NCBI GenBank assembly: GCA_040954595.2
Contig: CM082596.2
Location: forward strand, 8,631,124 to 8,695,123
Length of the DNA: 64,000 nucleotides
Direction: 5' to 3'
Source: Balanoglossus misakiensis
Lineage: Eukaryota; Animalia; Hemichordata
In this document: positions 56,832 through 64,000 of the stretch, piece after piece
How the letters are laid out: each line of letters opens with the position of its first letter
Numbering within the stretch: the first letter of the stretch is position 1
Notes under the pieces: generated by a model
Told to the model about the DNA's origin: nothing
The model's input: the letters and a program-made list of their open reading frames with translations, nothing else
The model's database searches: none
Position numbers and translations under genes: made by a program

Positions 56832-59800
56832 GAGGGAAACATGCTGGTCATCATTCAGAATCTTTAAATTCTGACTGGCCAAACCCCACACATATCTGTT
56901 GCATATTTTTTTAAAACTCTAAAGCCATTTTTTTCAAGCTGGTTAAAAAAACAACTGAAGACTTTATGGGGGATATTCCCTGTGGAAAAGCGCATATACT
57001 TGGATCTTTTCGATGCTTGGTGCATGTGTTGAGCAAAACCAGAGTCCCTATATCACAAGGTCATGAAACAAAGTTGGATGCTAGTCTATAGCCTAGGCTT
57101 TGTTTTAAAGTGTGAATCACCTACTCCCAAAAATCAAAGCTTGTTACTGCTTGCAGTCAAGTGACACCTACCATAGACAGTAGAGGGGGTAACAGGAAAT
57201 ACCATTTCAGATAATTTGCTTATGTAGATGTACATGGTGACTAAATCAGATAGGTTGCCAAATTGAACTTGAAGAGACAGTCACTTTTTAGGATTTTTTA
57301 GGATTTCCAGACGACACCCCATTCACCTTCAAACCTTGCAGAAGTATAATATGAACAGACTCAGGGTTTTCGCTAAGCGCTTGCGTACTTGCACTGAACT
57401 GGCCGTCTACTTTTCCTTAACCCATTAGGGTTATTTTTATTTTTATACTCTTTCACGCTCATAAATAAGGGTTCGTACGCTCCTGGAAACTCCTGGAATT
57501 TGAAACCCCTCCTGGAAACTCCTGAAAATTCAAAATTTCTCCTTGAAACTTGAAAACCGCGAGTCACGATCGCATTTCACCGGATCGTGAAACAGTACGC
57601 GTTGCCCATTTCACTCAGCGCACCAGTTATCTTTAGACATGCGTCCTATAAATAGTATCATTGACGTAGTAACGCACAAATTGCAACAACTAACGCAGCT
57701 CATCGTTCCGGTCGCAACAAAATATCTAAAACTTGACAAAAGATGTAGCAACTTTTGTTAGAGGTCATCCGCGCGTCTGCAGAATACTTGTACAGACGGC
57801 CGCGGCAGACACCCGTGAGATCGATGTTCAGGGCAATTAGTGATGTCAAAAAGAAGCAAAAAAGGCAGGCGTTTTTTGTGTTTTTTTTCAGCAGCAGAAC
57901 AGTAATTTCCATCAGTAATTTGTCGATTTTATCAGGACAGAAATCATTGCTTTAGGGCCCGTTCAGTTTTTACGGCCGAGAGGGGGGTCAAAGGTCAACA
58001 TGATGGGGGGTCAAAGGTCAACATGTCCCCGGCCCCGCATAATTGGCCCCCTACTTTGCCAATATGGCCCTCTACTTCAAATTTTAGCGAAACCCCTGAC
58101 TGTAACAGTCTTGTATTATTAAGCCAATTTTGGCATCTGCAGTACGAGTATGAAAATAACTCTGTAAAAAAATATGGATATATTTGATCAAACTCTCTCG
58201 ACATGTTATGTATGATAATTTTGGCACCAAAACACTGTTTTTCACATTGGAAATTGTTAAATACATATTTTATCATCGAAAAACATACTTCGATGATAAA
58301 AAGATAATATTTTGTAATTTTCGGCTTGAATAAATATTGTTTGGGTGAGAAAAATGTCATACATAACAAGTATCAGCGGTGGGGATTGGAGTCAGGGAAA
58401 CAGACTAGTATCATTCAACTCGGCGATACTGAAGTAAGCCTCGGATTCGGTTTCAGTTTCGGATTTAGAATCGGTTTCGAGAGACAGAAAATTTGGAGGG
58501 CATCTGCGTACGAGTATGAAAATTACTTTGCTAAAACACCAATAAATTTGATTTGTGTGTGAGTCTATCTAAAACACACTGGGTATGGTGACCAGGCTAC
58601 ACCTTGGCACATACACCGAGAATAGCCAAGACAGAGAAAAGAACAGCAAAAAAGATCACCAAAGCTAAAAACAGCGCCTAAACTCTATGTCTGATTTTAA
58701 TCTGATTGCCGTCAACCCTGAGTGAACTCCAGCAGTGCCATGATACGCTGACAATAACATGAATTCAATCACACATTTTGTTGTACAGTTTTTTTCAGTT
58801 AGAGAAGGATGGGTAACATTGTCAATATAATCTTACAGACCATTCCCTTTACCTCTAGTATACCTAATTATGGAAATCGAGAAAAGAAACTATTCAAATT
58901 CCTTAGCACCTTCAAAGTTCCATGAGGCGACTAAAATCGGTCAACTGTTTAGATTTACATAAACACTTTATCATTTACATGTTCTGTAATTTGATGTTAT
59001 ATGCTTTGGATTATGAAATTGATATTCAAGAGGAATACTTTGAATCAATGCCAGGGTTTTGGCCAAGTGGTTGGGTGCCATTTTCCTTGTAGTATGATTA
59101 TGTTTAAAGTCCACAGCAATGCAAAAACATAGGGCCAGGGGCACCAAAGTCCTATATGGATGGTGCTGCAAAGAAATATAGTCTTCTACCGATTAATCTC
59201 TACAAGTTTATTTCTATGGCTAAAGACCATCTTCCATGAAATACATGAAGAGAGACCTGAATGGTCGACATTAGCAATCCTGAGGCTGTTGTATATGGAT
59301 CAAACTACTTTTTCAAAAACAAAATTATAATAACTTACACATACAAAATGAAATCCCAACACAATAAAGTGTGGCAACACAATTTATTAAAGTTGAATAA
59401 ACAGAAACAAGTCTTTCCAATTTTCAAGCGGGGGAATAAATAATCTTACACTAGCTGCATGCCAAGTTGGCGGTGACAAAAATGCGATTTCAACATGAAA
59501 ACAAACTGAGAATCTTCAAACGGATAATACAGGTATTCTCAGCAATATCGTATTGAAAGAGTTCATATATATACCACAATATTTACACTGATCTGATGAC
59601 AGTAAATATAAATAGCAGCTGCTGTACAAAAGTGGTCTTTTTCTTTGATATTTCAAAATGACTGACATGAAGTGCGCCCTCATATGATGGCTACGCATGA
59701 CTGATAACATTCATTGGAAAATACTTCAGAAACTACATTTGTATTGATAAGTCACATTCTGCAGAAAGATAACAAAATCAATGCTAGCTTCTAGCAAATA

Positions 59801-60174
59801 CAAACTGTACCATAAATTAATCTGTCCAATAGAAAAAAAATTGACGTTTTCACAGTCACTAGATTTGCATGTCAAAAAGTTACAGGCTCTCCCTCACAAC
59901 AACTGGTCAATCCCTTCTCTTACAACCCCCACCCTGTATTCTCAACAATTCAACAATCCCCTGACGCCCACTCTAACCCTGGTCAGATAAACTTCACACC
60001 TCTCATGGCAATAATATATTGTGCGTATCACTTTCTTGGTCAAAAGGAAAATATGAAACCCTACCCTCCCATCCCATCCAAACCAAACCCCGCGCAAGCA
60101 ATCCATAAATATGTGTCTCTATGTATTTGTTTCAAATGTGCTCTTAACACTGGTTTGCACAAAAATGCAAAAGC

Positions 60175-61626
60175 AAACAAGACGATAGTCACAGAGAAAA
60201 ATAGCGTCAAGGACACTGTGGTCCCATTTGAGGATTATGCAAAAACAGTGACACACCAGAATAAAAATTACAGGTGACATTGCAAGCAGATATGATCTTA
60301 CCATATAGAAATATGGAATATGAAAAAATTAACAAGGAACATGCCCAATAAACTGTCATGTGTCATGGCAGTCTTACAAGTGGTGCTAGAAAAAAAAATG
60401 ACCAAAAAGTGTCTGTACACACACATACGAGGAGCAACTTCTTTCAGTCAGCCCTGGAACAGACAGACAGACAGACAGACAGACACACACACACTGACCT
60501 GCCACTGGTAATTATAAATTTAATAGCTGGTGGTCTCTGTAACAGCTGGCCTATTAAAGTTATTTAAAACATATCTTAGTTCGGGGTAACATCTCCTTGT
60601 AAACAGTAACTTTAAAAACAACTGGACAATTGGTTTAGGAGAAGATTTGCTAACCAAAAACAAAGAAACTTACAAAAAACTGGCTAAATATTGAATATTT
60701 CTGATATCAGAATTGAATAAAAGTTGCACATATACATGTATGTGTTATGAAATTATACCCTAAATTTCAAAGCAATCAGAGAAAAAAAAATTTCAAAGCA
60801 ATCCAACAAGCAGTTTTACAGATAATCTTTGTTCAAAAGTGGCAAAAACACAAATATGCAAATATCACCAAAATTGTACAATATCTTACATTAATCACTA
60901 CAAGGAACATGCCTGCCAAAGTTCAATGCAATATGACAAGCGGTTTCAGAGAAAACAGCTTTTGACAAAAATGGCAAAAGTTTCCCCGATAACACCTTGA
61001 TGCAAATATCACATTTTTTAAAAACATATTACTTAAGTTATCCCTATGAACATGCCTACCAAATTGCAAAGCAATCTGGCATGCGGTTTTAAAGAAAAAA
61101 AAAATTGACCAAAAATGGCAAATATTGCTCAAAATTATATGCAAATTTTGCAACAATTTGAACAAAACTATGGTTACTCAGACAACCATTAGGAAGCTTC
61201 ATACTAAATTTTAAGGAAGTAAGCCCATTACTTTCAGAAATGAAGACTTTTTACCAATACCATGGAAAAATACAAAAAATGCATAAAAAATAGGAAATCG
61301 ATAATATTAGCTCAAAACATACAGGACTGTATGAGGTTGACATAAGGTACATGCATACCAATTTTCAAACCAATATGACCAGTGGTTGTTGAGTTTTTGA
61401 GTTTTGACCAATTTCCCAGCTAATTTGCATATTTTTGACAGTGACAACTTCATTGGAACAAACTCCCATCTACAGCCCAGCCTGCATCTACACACCAAAT
61501 ATCGAGGTCATACGCACTGCGGTTTTCAAGTTTTTGATGTGGACGGACATACAGACATACATCCATCCATACATACAGACGCAACCGATCCCATAAGGTC
61601 CCATGGTACATAACAATGGGACCTAA
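60175..61626 (+). mobile_element. HINE/DINE-1-like element at the end of duplication copy B
   Basis: Paralog of 49531-50985. Confidence 0.75.
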
Positions 61627-62855
61627 AAATCAATAGCTGTTACCTCGATTTTGTAATCATTACTATAAGTATCAATTGCATACCTCTACATACACACACA
61701 TCTGACAAATCCATACTTTGGTCCAATTTCTCTCTTTAAAAAAAGTATTTTATTCAAGAATTCAGACAGAATAAAATATTTCCATATCTTATGACATGCA
61801 TTGATCAACACATCTTGAAACATGACTATCCCTCCACGGCCATCAAAAATATATTTCAAATTCTCTCCATAAATATGCATTATAGGCTTAATGAAATATA
61901 ATAACTAACACATTCCCAGTCACACAAGATTCCTGGGCATTCCGTGAATTACTACAGACGTTTTCCAGGAATATTAGCAGCGTACAATATCCTTTTTCAG
62001 AGATAGAGAAATTAATGAATTCTGTACAGCAACATACGTAGTTGATTTTTTAATCATGGTCTTCATATACAGCTGTGAATTTGATTCATCAAGTCTTTCA
62101 CAGAGTTGCTTCAATTTCAAGCAGCCATTACGAGAATAACGCATCTTGGTAAACCCTCTTTCGACTCTGAGGTCGAACATGACCAATCCAAAACAATGGA
62201 TTTGGATCAAACCACTGTGGTGAAAGGGTTAAACTATTAAATACTAATTGAAAAAACCAGTTACACATGATTCAGAGGTGAAATTTGACAGCTGTGATTG
62301 AAAAGAAATGTCATCATGAACAGAATGCCCACTATCCTTTAATAATCTGTGGGTGGTCACTTCACAGGCTGACGATCGTCTTATGTGCAATACATGTTCT
62401 GCAAATTTGGCGTTCGACACATTCAAATAGTGGACTGCCTTCATGTCCTTCCATAATTCTTGTGCATCGTATAAGAAGACTTTTAGTTTTGTGCCTTCTT
62501 TTCACAAAATTTGCTGTCTTTTCCCAATCTCTGACACAGACTATGGTCACCACCATCTTGCCTGTTGCTAGGACAACACACTGCCTTATGGCATTGACTG
62601 TATACAATTTTTGTAACCAGAGTCTCTGGTTAGGCACATGCCCATAAGACGATCCTTGCCCTTTAAACCTTTCACCCGCAGTTCCCTCTTAAGAGGTTGG
62701 TCCAACTTTACTACAGAAAACAATGGGTCTGGACTAAACCATGGTGGTGTAAAAGGGTTAATGACATGTCTCAGATACTGTACATCATCTTCCATCAATA
62801 TGAATGAAAATTATTTCAGGCAAGACCGACTAGCTACTAGTATATAGACAAGCTA

Positions 62856-62975
<120 letters not shown>

Positions 62976-62991
62976 CTAACTGCCACTCCAT

Positions 62992-64000
62992 TTAAATGTT
63001 TTTTCCACATTCATTGCATGCAAATGGTCTCTCATTTGAATGGATCCTCATGTGGCTCTTCTGATGGCCACTCCATCTAAATGTTTTCCCACATTCTTTA
63101 CATGCAAATGGTCTTTCATTCGAATGGATCCTCATGTGTTCCTTTAGACTGTCTCTCCGTGTAAATGTTTTTCCACATTCATTGCATGCAAATGGTCTTT
63201 CATTTGAATGGATCCTCATGTGTCTCTTCTTAGTGCCACTCTTTGTAAATGTTTTTCCACATTCTTTGCATGCAAATGGTCTTTCATTTGAATGGATCCT
63301 CATGTGGCTCTTCTGATGGCCACTCCGTCTAAATGTTTTCCCACATTCTTTACATGCAAATGGTCTTTCATTTGAATGGGTCTTCATGTGTTTCTTTAGA
63401 CTCCCTCTCCGTCTAAATGTTTCCCCACATTCTTTACATGTAAATGGTCTTTCATTTGAATGGATCCTCATGTGTTTCTTTAGACTGTCTCTCCATGTAA
63501 ATGTTTTTCCACATTCATTGCATGCAAATGGTCTTTCATTTGAATGGATCCTCATGTGTTTCTTTAGACTGTCTCTCGATGTAAATGTTTTTCCACATTC
63601 ATTGCATGCAAATGGTCTTTCATTTGAATGGATCCTCATGTGGCTCTTCTGATGGCCACTCCGTCTAAATGTTTTCCCACATTCTTTACATGCAAATGGT
63701 CTTTCATTTGAATGGATCCTCATGTGTTCCTTTAGACTCTCTCTCCGTGTAAATGTATTTCCACATTCATTGCATGCAAATGGTCTTTCATTTGAATGGA
63801 TCCTCATGTGTCTCTTCTTAGTGCCACTCTTTGTAAACGTTTTTCCACATTCTTTGCATGCAAATGGTCTTTCATTTGAATGGATCTTCATGTGTTTCTT
63901 CTGATCGCCACTCCATTTAAATGTTTTCCCACATTCTTTACATGCAAATGGTCTTTCATTTGAATGGGTCTTCATGTGTTCCTTTAGACTCCCTCTCCGT
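62992..64000 (-). CDS. C2H2 zinc-finger array, copy C (at least 11 complete fingers, partial at the window edge; frameshift at ~63000 and a decayed tail to ~62895)
   Basis: Same 84-bp repeat. An extra T in the T-run at 62999-63004 ends the frame, and the following finger contains a stop. Confidence 0.85.
   Translation of the reverse strand, partial: RRGSLKEHMKTHSNERPFACKECGKTFKWSGDQKKHMKIHSNERPFACKECGKTFTKSGTKKRHMRIHSNERPFACNECGNTFTRRESLKEHMRIHSNERPFACKECGKTFRRSGHQKSHMRIHSNERPFACNECGKTFTSRDSLKKHMRIHSNERPFACNECGKTFTWRDSLKKHMRIHSNERPFTCKECGETFRRRGSLKKHMKTHSNERPFACKECGKTFRRSGHQKSHMRIHSNERPFACKECGKTFTKSGTKKRHMRIHSNERPFACNECGKTFTRRDSLKEHMRIHSNERPFACKECGKTFRWSGHQKSHMRIHSNERPFACNECGKNI

Noticed and set aside
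58838-59272. ~430-bp segment present in copy B only, with GACCATTC..GAATGGTC ends (Harbinger-like MITE?)
   Set aside because: The TIRs are very short, there is no clean TSD, and the copy A junction is not a clean empty site. It could be a deletion in A.

Overview
This is eukaryotic, repeat-dense animal DNA. GT-AG introns, C2H2 genes, U2 snRNA and the transposon families suggest a marine invertebrate, possibly a deuterostome (inference only). There are no prokaryotic features and no CRISPR. 1-14.5 kb: a disrupted ankyrin-COR-death-domain (DAPK-like Roco) gene. Its ankyrin part is a tandem array of at least 14 near-identical phase-0 one-repeat exons, and two tyrosine-recombinase retrotransposons sit in its introns. 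15.6-33.1 kb: Helentron-associated (HINE/DINE-1-like) elements. These are not a head-to-tail array. Nine 5' ends and nine 3' hairpins pair like balanced parentheses, giving an 8-level self-nested stack. 35.3-35.8 kb: a U2 snRNA gene split by a tandem array of its own 5' segment. 36.7-64 kb: three tandem copies of a ~7 kb unit carrying a minisatellite-like C2H2 zinc-finger gene with a different finger array in each copy. Each copy has its own young insertions, including a full-length Gypsy element and several MITEs with TSDs. All coordinates were read by eye and no database searches were run.
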